A stretch of 60,319 nucleotides of DNA, filler included, from 4 parts of 4 records of this genome joined end to end with filler, not necessarily neighbours in it, one strand, 5' to 3'. Positions 1 to 12,618 are shown, numbered from the whole stretch's first letter. Translations and numbers: made by a program. Notes: generated from the sequence alone by a model not told the origin.

Positions 1-2705
1 GCTGCGCAACGCGGACAACAACGCGATAGACGGCGATGGTGTCTGCCTTTTGCCCTTTCAAAAAGCGCGCAATGTAGCTTAAACTGCCCAACTTGTGACT
101 CTGAATCATAAACAACTCAGAGGTTCCGTTGTCATTCCAATACGAATCAAGGTACCCTTGCTTGTCAGGGTGGGCCGGTCCGCCCTGCGTTGGATACGGC
201 GTGCACAGCATCTTGCCTGCCGCTGCGAGGACCATACACATGCAAGAGAAGCAAGGTCTCGAAAAGGTCAGCGGAAAAAGTCCACGAAATGCGCGCACCA
301 AGTTGTTGTGGGTAGAATGGGGACTGCACGACGAAACACCACGCATATGTGCAACGGCGTCGTCGCATAAGCAGCAGCAAAGCCCCCGCCGCCTCTCAGA
401 ATTAGATCGTGCCGAAGACGCTTCCACGCGCAATAGGCGGAAACTCCTTTCACACAACACTCCTCGGGCAAAACAGCATACAACAGTGGCGATTAGGGAC
501 ACAACTGCTTCACGAGCGTAATCTTTGTGGAGAGAATGGTCCATGGAGCGACGTAGTACTGGCATGATTCAATAATCAATTCTATATTAACGCCCCGACA
601 TGTATCGGTGGATCAGTTGTTTTACACGCAGCTACGAGCTTTCCGTCGAACAGAAACGCGCGCTCCGCAACTATCCCTGCCGGCGCGTCACGCTTGGCCA
701 TCTTCACGTAACTCTTCTGGCCCTTCACCCAGGCACATGGTCAAGCCGACATGAAAAACGAGGGATGGCCTTCAATCGGTAAATGTTCGTTTCTCGCACA
801 AAAAGCAACGTAGTTGGTGACAAACGCGTGGGCAACGTGCGGTACTATGGGAGCGACTACCGCTCGGCGGAACGTCCGCGTATAGTAACCCTTCCAGGCG
901 CACCGCGGCGCCATATTTGGCAAGCTCCTCGCGACCGGCGCCTCGCCACTCCCCCAGAACGCGGCTATGTGGTACGTAGCGGGCGCCACTTCGTTCTTTT
1001 TTCTTTTAACATTGTCGTTCGAGCTAAGGAAATCGTACAATGTTACTCTGTTATGATGAGCGAAAAATACGCGGCTGCAAGGGAAACCACGGCAGGGAAT
1101 AGGGCGAGCGCCGCGTAGTGCGCTACAACGACTGCGCCAGCGCACGCGGGCGAAGCTACAGCGTGCCGACCGGTCGAGTCCCGGAGCGACCGTGACGTGG
1201 GCACCCAGCCAATACGCCACGCACGGACCGCCGCCACTCTTGACGCCCCTACGCCACGTACAAAACCCCCATACTGCACCAGCACACAACGTATCTCAAC
1301 TTCCTATGGGAGCTGGAGGCAAAACTGTCAAGCTATTGTGTGCTCGCGAGTCTCGCGCCGCACTGCTGAAGCACACCGACCGACGTGACGCTGGCGAGGC
1401 TGTCGCATGCAAACTTCACGACGAAGCCACACTTTGCTGAGCACTGTGCGTGCTCGCAGAACCAGAGCATGAAGCGGCAAATTGAGGTGCACGCAACAAA
1501 TAATATAAGCACTCTTTTTCTGCACTGCAAGCATGGCGTACGTCGTTTTCGTTCGGGAGGGGCACGGGCCAAAGGCTTGCTCTTCTCGGGAGCGAGCGCG
1601 GTTGTTGCTCGGTGCTTTGCACGGCGGTTTCTTCGCGAAGAGGAAACGCGTCGCAACGCGCAGCGTCGCGGGCGCCGCGCCGCACTCCAAGGCGAGCGAC
1701 GAGGCGACCACTTGTGCGCGCCAGTGGGATCGCACACGGCTCTGCGCTCAGCGACGGGCAGCCAGCGGTGCCCACCCCAGCGCCCACCAACCCCTGTTGC
1801 GCCCCAGCCAGCAACCCCGCGCGCCCGGCGCTGTTACCACAACGGAAAAGCGGGAGCGCAGCCTGCGTCGCGCCTGTGCGCCGGCTGACCAAAAGGAAGC
1901 TGCGCAAGGCGGGAAAAATATGAAAGAAGCCCGCTACACTCTTCCCGTGCGAAGAGTCTTTTTTTTTCTTAAAAGGCAGGAAATGGGGGTGCGCTGCCGC
2001 TATTGTAGCACAAGGTAAACGGCACGCGCATTGGTGCCAGCACGTGCGCGACAGCGGCCGCCGCCTTTACCGACCGCGCCGGCGCTGGAGCTGTCCTTCC
2101 GCTTCCTAGCCACTTACTCCGCGCGGCAGAGGCAAGACGGCGTACTGTAAGCGGCTAACAAGTTCGCGGGATAGGCATAGAAAGGATTTTGCGCCTCGCA
2201 AGAACTCTGCATTGGCATTACCTCCTCGTGACAATATGCTCATTGTCGCGCGGAGCACGAGGAAGCGCAAACGAGCAAGGCAGCGTGAGAAGACGCGACA
2301 CCCGCGGAGAAACACCGTCGGTGCGGCGCGGTGCGGCAACACCGCGCCCACTTCCGAACCAGCGTTCATGCAGGCATACATGCATTTGCCAAACGCTTGT
2401 ATTTTCTACGAAAAGAAGGCTTTGCACAGTGGCTTTTATTGCAACGAGAGCTAGACAACGCTGGCCTCTCCCACCCCGAGAGAGGCAGCAACGGGAGCCC
2501 GGTCGCACGCTCGCCAATACGCGCCGAGCGTTCCAGCCGCGACAGCGCGCGCGTCCATCCACCTACGGGCAAGCAGCCTTCGCGGAGAACCTCCAGATCA
2601 GTGACGAGGCGCATCGCTTTTGTGGCGCTCAACATTCGTATCAACGTACTACAAACATAACGATTTCGCTCGCGACCTCCTCCTGCGCCCAGCAATTGGG
2701 ACAGC

Positions 2706-5700
2706 TCAAGGTACCGCCTGTACCGGCGGTGCAGCAGGTAGGAGCGCCTGAAGCTTCGCGCGAGCCACCGGTCCGCGCCACGGCTTGGCGCCAACTTGTC
2801 CACCATTCGCAGCGTTGGTCCCGAGGGCTCCTCCTCCCGCAAACGCAAGCGCATTTTCCATGGCGAGCGCTCCTGCAGCGGCATAAGCCGTAGAGAGCTG
2901 CGGTGAGAAGAACTGGCACCCTGTAGAATGGTTCGGGAACGATCCTGCTGGGTCGCATTGGCAGCACACCAGGCAGCCGGTGCAGCAGAGCGCGTGCGTC
3001 CCCGCTTCTAAACTGGCTACATCGCTGAAAGCTGGATTTTCTTCGTTCAGCTTTTCGTAGCAAGCGAATGCAGCAGCCACATCTTCCGAATCGAGAAGCT
3101 CGCGCGGTTTTAGGTAAAGCACAACAGTCTCGCGATCATATTGAGTGCCAGTCTCTGGGTTGAAAAACCGTAGCCCGAACACGAAGAATCGCTCGGTGTG
3201 CAGTTTCGAAAACTCCTCCAGTGCACTGTCGAGGTTTGCTGCAGGCCGATTCGCCCCTCCGCCGCCTTCACACCAAGAATCGAAGATGTGCGGTTCAACC
3301 AATCTCCCATATTCGTTGCGCAGATAGTCCAAAAATTTCGTGAGCCCGGCGCACGTTTGCGTTTTCCCATCCCTGCCGTCCTGCTCTCCGTCGGCGACAA
3401 TGAGCAGCTTGACGCGCTCGTACACAAGAGGAAGCATAGCGAGATTCTCGCTGTGCCCACCGTCGGATACATAAATGGCGGGTGGAATATCCACGTCCGC
3501 ATTTAATCCTCCTTCACTTTTTTTTTGGGCATTTGCGTAACGCTCTGCGTTGCGTTTCACATCCAAGCGAAACAAAATTCGCACGGACTGCATAAATGGG
3601 AGGCTCCACAGCAGCGCAGCAGCACCGCCCCAGAAGCCTTCGCGTTTGCCATAACACGCAGACGTGAAGGCCGATCCAAAGATAAGCAAAACGACCAGCA
3701 GAACAAAAGTGGTCCACACCGACCATTGGTTCTCGTTCTCAACTGGTGTGGAAGCATAAGCGATAAACCAGGAAGCAACAAAGAGCCACAGTAGGGCAAT
3801 TCCGACCCAAAACTTTGGACGGGAGTTGAACCACGGATGAAAGCGTCCGACGCGAATCCATCGGCCAAAAGACAAGGATATCACGCCGAGACACCCGTGG
3901 ATAAATTTGTTCATAGACACGCCTGCCTCACCGAGTTCGTGGGCAACTGCAGCCCCAGAAATTGCCATCATCTTGTCGAGATCTTTAGCATCGTGCGCAA
4001 ACTTGTCTTTTTCGTCTGAATTCTCCGCAAGCTTTACACTGTGCTCGACTGCAGTATACTGGCCGATCTCCCTGTGAGGAGGATATTCTCGCGCATTGTT
4101 CCCATTTCCTTGCACACCCTGGCTTGCTTTTTTGGCTCGGCTCTCACCGAACAGTGCATTCTTGAAAAAGACGATTCGGTCATCAGAGTACCCGGCAAAG
4201 AGATAGCCTTTATCGTTTGGGTTATCTTCGCCGTATTCTGGAAAAGCGAACAGCCACTGCGAGATGGTGATTCCTGTGTATAGCTTTGGAAGGTGCTCGG
4301 AGGACTTTGGGAACTGCGTTCGTTTCGCACGCCAAGAGCCCTCGTAAAAGGCCAACCGCAGACGCCAACGGTAATAATAGTGTAGCCACGTGCTATGTAG
4401 CTCCAGTAGGGCGGGGTGGACGATGAATAGGACTGTCATGAGCGGAATGACGACGTTGAGCGCTTCTTTGTAATCGCCGGCGCGGCAATGGAGCGGCCAG
4501 GCCATTTTGCAACGGTCGTAGTCGTTGCGACATGTCAAGCAGATTTGCATGTCGTGAACAATAGCAACAACGTAGCCGTATCCAAAAGCAAGAGCGCCAG
4601 ACGAGAGCAAAGACACAATGAGACCAGAACCGATACCGGAAAGAAGGAACGAGGCAAGGAATGGAAGAGTCGCCAAACTGGGATCTTCGTGTCCATTCGC
4701 CTCCGTCAAGAGACGAGCGAAGATCACAACGACAAAGATGGTCAGCGTAACCGCACATGCCATATTCGTTGCGGTTCGAATACCTATATCCAAGGCTCCT
4801 CCTTGGAGGCAACATCGATTCCCGTCTTCGTCATACTTGAACACTAGGGAATCAAAACATAGACGAATGAAGTACCAGAATACAGAAACACCCAAAACTA
4901 CGAAGAAGGGTGTGGCGACTCCATCACAGAGCAGATCAACAGTCTCCGCAAGGACAAAGAATCGCGCCAGAAACACCGCGAGAGCGCCATGCCGACCAAG
5001 GTACAGAAAGAAGAAACCGAAAAGCGCAGCGATTAGCACCATAGCATCCAAGAAAGCTCTGTAAAATCTCCACGACAGGCAGAGTGAACAGTCGATCAGA
5101 TAACCTGCATGGCTCCGGAAACTGCTGAAAAACTGTTTATACTGCGCCCAATCGCCATTGTTTCTCTGCAACCAGTGCACGAAAGCCGTTCCAAGGTATC
5201 CTCCTCCAGACACAGTCGACAGGACATCGAACGGGCGCTTATCGTACTTTTTTCCCATGCACTGCTCTTGATACTGCAAAAATTTCTGCAATACACCACT
5301 CGAAAACGATGCGCTGCGTATTCCGCCACCCGACAATGCAATACCGATATTCACGGAATCTCGAGTTTGCAGCGACGAGCTTCCCGCGGTGCTCGTGCTC
5401 GGGACCGACGCCAACGGCTGGCCCGGTGTCTCGCTGGCGCCCGAGGACTTCGCGGGACACCAGTGATTAATAGCACGAAAAATCAACGGGATGATCCCAA
5501 CAATACTCGTGATAACAAACAGTGTAACTGTTACACCATAAATTGGACATTCTGATGCTGAAAAATCGGTCAGGTCCGCTCCCACGCAAGAGAAGTTCCG
5601 CGCGGTGGCAGGACACTCGCCGCACAGCCCGTAGTCCGCATGAAACGTGTCATTACACACCGCGCTCGCGGCGACCTGCAGCGGAACCGCGTACGACATC

Positions 5701-5741
5701 CGCAGGAAGAATAGCTCGTGCAACCGAGGCGAACACTGCAC
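2706..5741 (-). CDS. Multi-pass membrane cPLA2/patatin-like phospholipase; 5' end uncertain, possibly spliced
   Basis: 1011-aa ORF. It has the oxyanion motif GIALSGGGIRS, the nucleophile region LSTVSGGGYLG, the catalytic-Asp motif SDGGHSENL and many hydrophobic segments. The track start is GTG, so the true start is unclear. Confidence 0.75.
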   Translation of the reverse strand: MQCSPRLHELFFLRMSYAVPLQVAASAVCNDTFHADYGLCGECPATARNFSCVGADLTDFSASECPIYGVTVTLFVITSIVGIIPLIFRAINHWCPAKSSGASETPGQPLASVPSTSTAGSSSLQTRDSVNIGIALSGGGIRSASFSSGVLQKFLQYQEQCMGKKYDKRPFDVLSTVSGGGYLGTAFVHWLQRNNGDWAQYKQFFSSFRSHAGYLIDCSLCLSWRFYRAFLDAMVLIAALFGFFFLYLGRHGALAVFLARFFVLAETVDLLCDGVATPFFVVLGVSVFWYFIRLCFDSLVFKYDEDGNRCCLQGGALDIGIRTATNMACAVTLTIFVVVIFARLLTEANGHEDPSLATLPFLASFLLSGIGSGLIVSLLSSGALAFGYGYVVAIVHDMQICLTCRNDYDRCKMAWPLHCRAGDYKEALNVVIPLMTVLFIVHPALLELHSTWLHYYYRWRLRLAFYEGSWRAKRTQFPKSSEHLPKLYTGITISQWLFAFPEYGEDNPNDKGYLFAGYSDDRIVFFKNALFGESRAKKASQGVQGNGNNAREYPPHREIGQYTAVEHSVKLAENSDEKDKFAHDAKDLDKMMAISGAAVAHELGEAGVSMNKFIHGCLGVISLSFGRWIRVGRFHPWFNSRPKFWVGIALLWLFVASWFIAYASTPVENENQWSVWTTFVLLVVLLIFGSAFTSACYGKREGFWGGAAALLWSLPFMQSVRILFRLDVKRNAERYANAQKKSEGGLNADVDIPPAIYVSDGGHSENLAMLPLVYERVKLLIVADGEQDGRDGKTQTCAGLTKFLDYLRNEYGRLVEPHIFDSWCEGGGGANRPAANLDSALEEFSKLHTERFFVFGLRFFNPETGTQYDRETVVLYLKPRELLDSEDVAAAFACYEKLNEENPAFSDVASLEAGTHALCCTGCLVCCQCDPAGSFPNHSTGCQFFSPQLSTAYAAAGALAMENALAFAGGGALGTNAANGGQVGAKPWRGPVARAKLQALLPAAPPVQAVP

Positions 5742-8700
5742 GAATTCACGGGCAAAGGCAAGGAAAGATGTTCTGTCTTGAGGAAGGTTGCAGAGCGGGG
5801 TGGCCTCGAGCAGTCAATACGTGGCACTGGCTGAGAAAGTGGTGATACTGGGAAGGCGTGCCGGCACAGTCCTGGGGCGCGCGGAGCAACACACAGGCGA
5901 AAGTTCGCTATCCACGCAGACGGGAAGAGCGCCGCGTAAGGCTCATGGAGCACGCCCCAAGGAGCACATGACGAACGTGCAGTGTGTCACAACAAGAGGA
6001 TCGCGTCCAGGAGGTTCGATCTCGCTCCCGGCAGTCCGACCGCTCGCTAGCACGCAGCAGAGGGGAACGCGCGCCGAACAAGCACGGGCGCGCTGCACGG
6101 CGCTGGCGAGGGCACGAGCACGATACAGAAACGCGTGTAGCCCTACTATCCCAAGCGATGTTGGCGCCGAGCGGCACATTTCTCTGCGGACGCCAAACCA
6201 GCGCAATGTAACGAATACAATCAGGTATTCGGCCGGGGGGGCTCAAAGTACTTCCACGCAGCGCTACATGTGACACGGTATCTTGTATTCGTGCTCGAGT
6301 TGGGAGTCTTTGCGAGAGGAAAAATAAATGAGCAACAGCACGTCGTCCTCTTGCACAGGGCGCGACCGGGACGGTTAGGCGCACGAGGTGCGGCAGCGAG
6401 GCCGGGACGCAGCGACGGCGGAACGAGGATGACCGCCACAGCACGAGCAAAAACGAACAAAAATGAATGGGGAGAAAAATTCGCCCCCTCTGGCACAGCA
6501 GCTTTGCCCTCGCTTCAACTCATCACCCTCGTTTTTCGTACGACAAGCAGCGCCAGGCGACCTACGTAGAGCCCGCCACGGCAAAGGTTTCTAGGCGTTG
6601 GTGGCAGGCGGTGCGCGATGCGGTTCACAACGGTGGGCGCTTGCAAGAGGTGGACGCAGAGCGGCGCGGAGAGAAAACGCCGACGCCAAGACCAGAAAAA
6701 AATGGCAAAGCAATGCGCACAAACGTACAGCTCGTCAGCAAAACTGTCTTTCGAAAGGAAACTCTATTTGTGAGCGAATAGAAGATGGAAGGACTGAACG
6801 GAGCAGGATTTCGCCTATTGCTAAACGAGTGCACACACCTTTACGCTAGCGCTGAGTGCGTGCACCGGGTGCCTTTTGGCCGGGACGCGGACGATGCACC
6901 GCAGCTCAAGTGCTTTACAGCCTCTCCAGTGGATTGCCAACTTTTGCCGACGCTATGCTGTGGCTGTGTCCTGGCGGTACCTGCTCCTTTTCGTGCACGA
7001 AGCAACTCTACTGATGTCAGCAGCTAGGAAGCCGTGAATGCTTGCGAGTTGTCGGCCTCGCTATGGTTCGTCATAGTGCACACACCTTGCGATGTCAGAG
7101 GTGCCGGGGAAGAGAACATCCGTCGCAACAACAGTCCAACGCGGCAGTCTGCAAGAGGTTGGACGAGCAGCAGAACGGGAGGGAACGTGCACGTGGAAGC
7201 TGTGCGCTGGAGCGAAGCTCTTGTGGAGCCGCACCTGCCTGGGGGAGAGCCGCGCGGGAGCGCAGTGTCTGGCTGGGGTACTAGGGTTCTACCCCCGACC
7301 GCACGGCGGTCCCATCGAGCGAGCGCGGAGTTCCGCAGCCTCTGCTGGGCACAGAAGAGCCGAGTACATCCCAGGTGCGTCCCAGGAGGCCCTGTTCGAA
7401 TTATGGTCAAAATCGGCTGTCTATCATGTGCAAATATATATATTGAATGAAAAACATCTGGGAAATTTCGTACAAGAATCCTACAACGAACGTTGGCTCT
7501 GTTTGTGCGCCGCGCGCGGCTTCGCTCAAGGTGGGAGCGAGTGACAACGCCCCGAGTGTCCCGGCGGCCGTCGCAGTGCGCTGTGCTCCGCGAGTTTCTG
7601 CATTTGCCGTCGACCTCGCCGTGCAACGCTGAGCAAGGAATTCCTGCATGGCCAAATCAATTGCGCTATAGTTAATGTAACGAAGCGCTCCTCATGAACC
7701 CTTTGATGGCGCGGATTTTGTGGGCTTGGGAAGCGGAGGGGGGGCGCGCCTGAAGCATTTTCATGTCCTCGAGGAAGACACGCTGCGCGCGCACGCGCTG
7801 CCCATGCGGGACGGCGGGACAGTGGAAGTGGATGCGCTGGCGTTTCTGCGAGACGGACACGGCCTGGAGACCTCCTAGGCATCCCACGTATACATCACAA
7901 AGATCGAAGACAGATCCTTGGATATTCATGTACATGTTCGACATGATGGAGATCTCGAGAAGTGCCAAAGCGCAGCGACGGCGCTTTTCGTCTCGCCCGA
8001 GGGCGGCTCTCCGGTCACGCCTGCGCGATCCTATCGCACAGCGGTTGCGAGCAGGGCCGGCGCTATGCCAGTCCGCCGTACGTTCGCACACTCGGGCTCC
8101 TGGGACAAGTGAAAAGTCGCTACCGTGCAGAAGTGCCTGTGTGCTCGAAGATTTTCGGTACGTACGTGCTTGACGTGGCACGGGTGGTCTCCGTATGCCG
8201 TTCTGCTCCAATTCTCGCATCACGACAGCCGGCCGCAACTTTCCTCTCGATAGTCGTGTTCGACTACAAGAAGCTCGAAAAGGTATGCGAATGTCAACGG
8301 GAAAAACTACTTGTGATACAGATAATTCGGCTATCATCTATACGGAGTACCTTGTGCGCTGGAAAGATGGTACATCATCGGAGGACGAGTAAAAGAGGTG
8401 CTCACGCGCGGCCACTGGGTGACGAATTAAACGGCGTTTGTTGCTACCGGGACGGAATTAATCAACATTCTGTAGCAGCGGGAAGCGGGAGGCGACTCCA
8501 CTTTATTCATCTCCCACCGTTTTATTCTCGTCATCGTTTTCTTCATCGAATAATACATAACCAACTCTCTCCCTCTTGATTTATCAACGCAATCAAGATC
8601 GCTATGCAGAAAAGTACGCCATAAACGATGTAGCGAGACGATAGTAGGGAAAGCGGATAGGCACAGATTGGTTCTGATGCGCTCTCCACATGTCCGCAGG

Positions 8701-8805
8701 GAAGAGTAAGACGTTGACCGTGCACGCTTCCCGTAGAATACACTCGTGCTCGAGAAAACATTCGCTGCGAATGTTTACACCTTTTTCGCCTTCAGCGTAA
8801 CGCAC

Positions 8806-11800
8806 TTATGGCGTGTTGCAAAAGGGGTCTCGACTACCGCGAGGTGTCTGCAACTCGATCTGTGAACTCACCCGGTGTGCATCCTTGTCCTCTTGGACGT
8901 GTTTCTCCTTCTTTTTCCCCGTTAGAGACGACCAGCAGCGCACAAAAGCTGAGAAGGTATGCTCGTCCTTTCCCGCCTTTTCACGAAGTACGACAGCGCC
9001 GGCAAACAGCCCAAACGCCGTAGAAATAAGCGAGAAGAACAGTGCCACCATAGCAGAGACAGGCTGATTGCGCGTAATCTCAATAAGTGTTGGTTCCTGT
9101 TCGCGGAAGCGGAGAACGATTGCCGAAGACGGAGAACCAAAACACGGTCCATTCGCTCCCGTGAGATCGGTGCCGCCAAATTGTAGCACAAGCTGCTGCA
9201 CCGAGGAGCTCGCGCGGTAGTCCTGCACGACCTCCTCTTGTACCTCGACTGTGTGCGACGGAAATGAAAAGAATGATGTGTCCGCGCGAACGGACGCTTG
9301 CAGCTGCGTGCGGATCGCCGATTCTGTTCCAATCGACGAAAACGTCCACGCGTATGCGCCAAGATTTGAAAACGTTCCTCGCCACGTGGATGTCTGGAAC
9401 GAATTAGCTACCTGAATGCACGCTGAACTCGCGAGCGGGTTGATTATGCACGATGCGCACTCGTACTGGACAAGGCACGTATGGAGCTCCGCGTCGTGTG
9501 ACGGCACGATGTGGCTCACACTTGTCTGCTGTGATCCCGATCCCGTGACACTAAATATGTCCTGCTCCAGAAAAATCGATCCATTTGTGCACATGGTGCT
9601 TACTTGCGCGTCAACAGTCATATTCAGGTCCAGTTGTATCCCGAACGCGACTCGGTTGATCCCGCGGGCGTTGAGGAGACTCTCGTTCACGACAAAGTCC
9701 TCACGCCGGTCGTTGTTCTCCCTATACTGCGTGGCAACGAACGCAATCAGCAGAACAGCAACAAAGAGAAATGCAACACTACACACACCGCCGGTATGCG
9801 TGCGATATGATTTGAGAAAGGCCGGTGTTTCGCCACTTCGCGTCTCAATCTTGACCTCAACGGGCTTGTTCACGGAAAAGAAAAGGTCCACCGGTCGAAG
9901 GTTCCGTTCTCCCTCCGGATCCCACCATGGGAGAATCGCGAGCACGGCCAGCGCCAAAATCACAGCCGCAACAACGACGAATACTGTAATCCATGGCTGC
10001 CATCCTCCAGAATTCACATCCACTTGAGGTGGGAAATCGTTGCTTGCAATCTGCACTTCTCCTCCGGACACGGCCACTGCCGAGGCTGCCGCAGCGGCCG
10101 CCGGAACAACCGGGTCCTCGAACACGAGTGTCGCTCCTACGGGGCAGAACGCTCCAGCTGGACAGGAGCGACACGCCGTATCGTTCGAAAGCGTCCGGTA
10201 CATTCCGCGCGGACACGGTGCACAACCAATGGAGGGAAAGGTTTTGCTGATGAAGCCCCTTGGGCACGAGCCGAGAGCAAAGACCTGGCCAAACGTAGAA
10301 AAGTAGACGGTACCGTCGGGCCCAACGGCCGGATAATCAAACAGCCCTCTGAACGCTTCGAGTTCCCAAACAGATGACGCATTATTTTTTCCGTCCAACG
10401 CGAGAAATTGTCCATCTTGCAGATTCTGATACACATACCCGTTGGCATCGATAAGAGGAGATACTGTTGTCAAGTCATTCACGGGTTCGATTCTCGTGTA
10501 CTCAGGGCTGCGCCACACCAGATCGCCACTGGGCGAATACTTGAAGATGTCGACCATGCCATTGCATACATACACAAAACCGTCTTTGTCGACGCTGGGT
10601 GTACCCAATACAGTCCGTGTTCCGCTTACAGACCCAGTCGGTAGTCTGTCCCAGAGTACGTTTCCGTTGAGGTCCATAGCAACGAGCTGCGGTCCGGCGC
10701 CGATGGTATACCCTCCAATGTACATCGTCGCGCCGTCGTTGGAGAGCGCGGGCCCAATGGAGCCCCAACAGAGGAGCTTCACTCCAGTGTCTTTTACCAG
10801 CGATGCCGAGCTATCAAAGACAAGGATCCCTGCAATACTTCCCGTAAAACCACCGCTTGGCAGTCCAGAGATATACACCATGTTTCCATTGGGAAGAGGT
10901 GATAGCGTAGCGCGTCTGATGTCCTCTACTTCGTTCGTCGTCAACGTGTGAACCGTGCACGACGTGAGTTTCCACGAGCACAGCCGAACGTTCACTGACG
11001 GCCCGCTCACCGTTTCTAGCGCTACAACACGACCAAAAATATCAATTTGGACAGGAATGCGATGCCACTGCGCCACAGAGGATATTGTGTTCAACACTCG
11101 CCCCGAATCAGCGCTCACAGCGTAAAGCTCGCCGCAGCGGAGATAGAGAACTTTTTGGCTGCCCAACGCCAGCGCGCCAAGGCAGGGAATATCCGTATTA
11201 CGCCAGATTTCTTCCCCTGTACTGCCGTTATACGCAACTACACCCGAAGGAAGCAAGGAAGCGTATACCACATTTTCTGCGGAGACGACCGGTGAGAGCG
11301 TCACACTGTGTCCTATCCACTTGATGGCAAACCCTGTAGCGCCTGAGGCGGACAGCGTTGTGAGAGCCTGCGGGATCCGTCCTTGGCGCCACTGGTACCC
11401 CTGCGGAGCACTCCACGAGCGCGAAAGTAGGATCTTTGTCATATTGGTACCGGCATCCACAACGATGACGTATCCATCTGGATGAACAGATAGGGACAGT
11501 ACCGCTGCACTGGCGGAAACCATCCATGCGCGCCTGCGGTGGCTGAACGAAGAGTCTGGACCTTGGCGCAGCGCGACGACCTGGTCAGCGTACGCGACAA
11601 TAACAAGCTCGTCGCCGTACGCTGCGGGCCCGGCCGTGATCGGCGAAGATGCGACATTTGCTTGCCAGAGGAGTGACAACGATCTGACATCATACGAGAC
11701 AACATTTCCAGCGTTCGTGCCTACATAAACAGTGTTCCCATTCACCGCGGGAGGCGTCGAAGCACTCGCCGCAACACTCTTCGTTGCGTACACGCCAGAC

Positions 11801-12618
11801 GAAGTTGCGTTGCGAGACACGAGAGAGCCCGTGTGCTCGACATACACAAGAGCATCACCGCTACCAACGGAAACGGCATCTTGCACCCGACCGGCAGTAG
11901 CCGTGCTCCATAGCAACCGGAGTGAATTGCTTATTGGTACCCATTCATGTGCACTGAGAGTTCCATCTGTGGCGCTCATGGAGGACTGGCAAACAAGGAA
12001 GATGATCGAGCTCCCGTTGGCGAACCGCCGCTCGGATGGTGACGAGCACACCCCTGCCCCGACTCCGGACAAGCTGACGCTGGCGAGCACGCTGCCGTTC
12101 GCAGCGTTCCGCGCCTCGAGAAGCCCGTCAGTATTAACATACATGACAGTATCTTGCACAGCAATGGATCCTGATCGAACAGTATTCTGGTTGGTAAATG
12201 TGCGCCATAGTGTGAGCCCTGTTTCGGCGCGAGCGACCTGCACAAGCGACTTGGTAAGCAGCATGAACAGGCCGTGGCCGCTCGCGTAGGATGGCGTCCC
12301 AAAGTACTCGCTACCTCCAGTGCCAAGAGCGCGAGAGAGACCCGCCGTCCACAGCCGCTCTCCATTGGTCAAATTGACGCTGCCATAGAAGTTTGCATAC
12401 CCAACAACCGCTACGCTGTTATTCACGAGTACAGGCTCACCGAAATCCTGCCCGCTCGTGGAGCTGGGCGAAACGATGGAGACCCACTCGATCAGCGGTG
12501 TTGAGTCAACTTCCAGCGGCAAGATGGCGGGGACGTGGCCGGTTCGCTGGTTGTTGGCACGGAACGTGTCCCACGGGGCTTGAGCGCGCGCGGGCAAGAG
12601 CACTGCTGGAGAGCGCAA
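8806..12618 (-). CDS. Membrane protein with PQQ/BamB-like beta-propeller repeats, Cys-rich (GCC2_GCC3/ephrin-receptor-like) repeats and C-terminal TM helices; 5' exon probably missing
   Basis: 1270-aa ORF. Propeller-type motifs recur (GERLW, TGLTLW, TGEEIW, NGNVLW, SGDLVW). A CPRG..CAPCPRGMY..CRSCPAGAFCP block is followed by three hydrophobic helices. The track start is TTG just after an in-frame TGA, next to a candidate branch point (ACTGAC, 12647-12642) and acceptor (CTCTCCAG ending 12606). Confidence 0.7.
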   Translation of the reverse strand: MRSPAVLLPARAQAPWDTFRANNQRTGHVPAILPLEVDSTPLIEWVSIVSPSSTSGQDFGEPVLVNNSVAVVGYANFYGSVNLTNGERLWTAGLSRALGTGGSEYFGTPSYASGHGLFMLLTKSLVQVARAETGLTLWRTFTNQNTVRSGSIAVQDTVMYVNTDGLLEARNAANGSVLASVSLSGVGAGVCSSPSERRFANGSSIIFLVCQSSMSATDGTLSAHEWVPISNSLRLLWSTATAGRVQDAVSVGSGDALVYVEHTGSLVSRNATSSGVYATKSVAASASTPPAVNGNTVYVGTNAGNVVSYDVRSLSLLWQANVASSPITAGPAAYGDELVIVAYADQVVALRQGPDSSFSHRRRAWMVSASAAVLSLSVHPDGYVIVVDAGTNMTKILLSRSWSAPQGYQWRQGRIPQALTTLSASGATGFAIKWIGHSVTLSPVVSAENVVYASLLPSGVVAYNGSTGEEIWRNTDIPCLGALALGSQKVLYLRCGELYAVSADSGRVLNTISSVAQWHRIPVQIDIFGRVVALETVSGPSVNVRLCSWKLTSCTVHTLTTNEVEDIRRATLSPLPNGNMVYISGLPSGGFTGSIAGILVFDSSASLVKDTGVKLLCWGSIGPALSNDGATMYIGGYTIGAGPQLVAMDLNGNVLWDRLPTGSVSGTRTVLGTPSVDKDGFVYVCNGMVDIFKYSPSGDLVWRSPEYTRIEPVNDLTTVSPLIDANGYVYQNLQDGQFLALDGKNNASSVWELEAFRGLFDYPAVGPDGTVYFSTFGQVFALGSCPRGFISKTFPSIGCAPCPRGMYRTLSNDTACRSCPAGAFCPVGATLVFEDPVVPAAAAAASAVAVSGGEVQIASNDFPPQVDVNSGGWQPWITVFVVVAAVILALAVLAILPWWDPEGERNLRPVDLFFSVNKPVEVKIETRSGETPAFLKSYRTHTGGVCSVAFLFVAVLLIAFVATQYRENNDRREDFVVNESLLNARGINRVAFGIQLDLNMTVDAQVSTMCTNGSIFLEQDIFSVTGSGSQQTSVSHIVPSHDAELHTCLVQYECASCIINPLASSACIQVANSFQTSTWRGTFSNLGAYAWTFSSIGTESAIRTQLQASVRADTSFFSFPSHTVEVQEEVVQDYRASSSVQQLVLQFGGTDLTGANGPCFGSPSSAIVLRFREQEPTLIEITRNQPVSAMVALFFSLISTAFGLFAGAVVLREKAGKDEHTFSAFVRCWSSLTGKKKEKHVQEDKDAHRVSSQIELQTPRGSRDPFCNTP

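Noticed and set aside
1-2700. Many overlapping Arg/Ala-rich ORFs of 60-234 aa
   Set aside because: Expected by chance in GC-rich non-coding DNA; no recognisable motifs.
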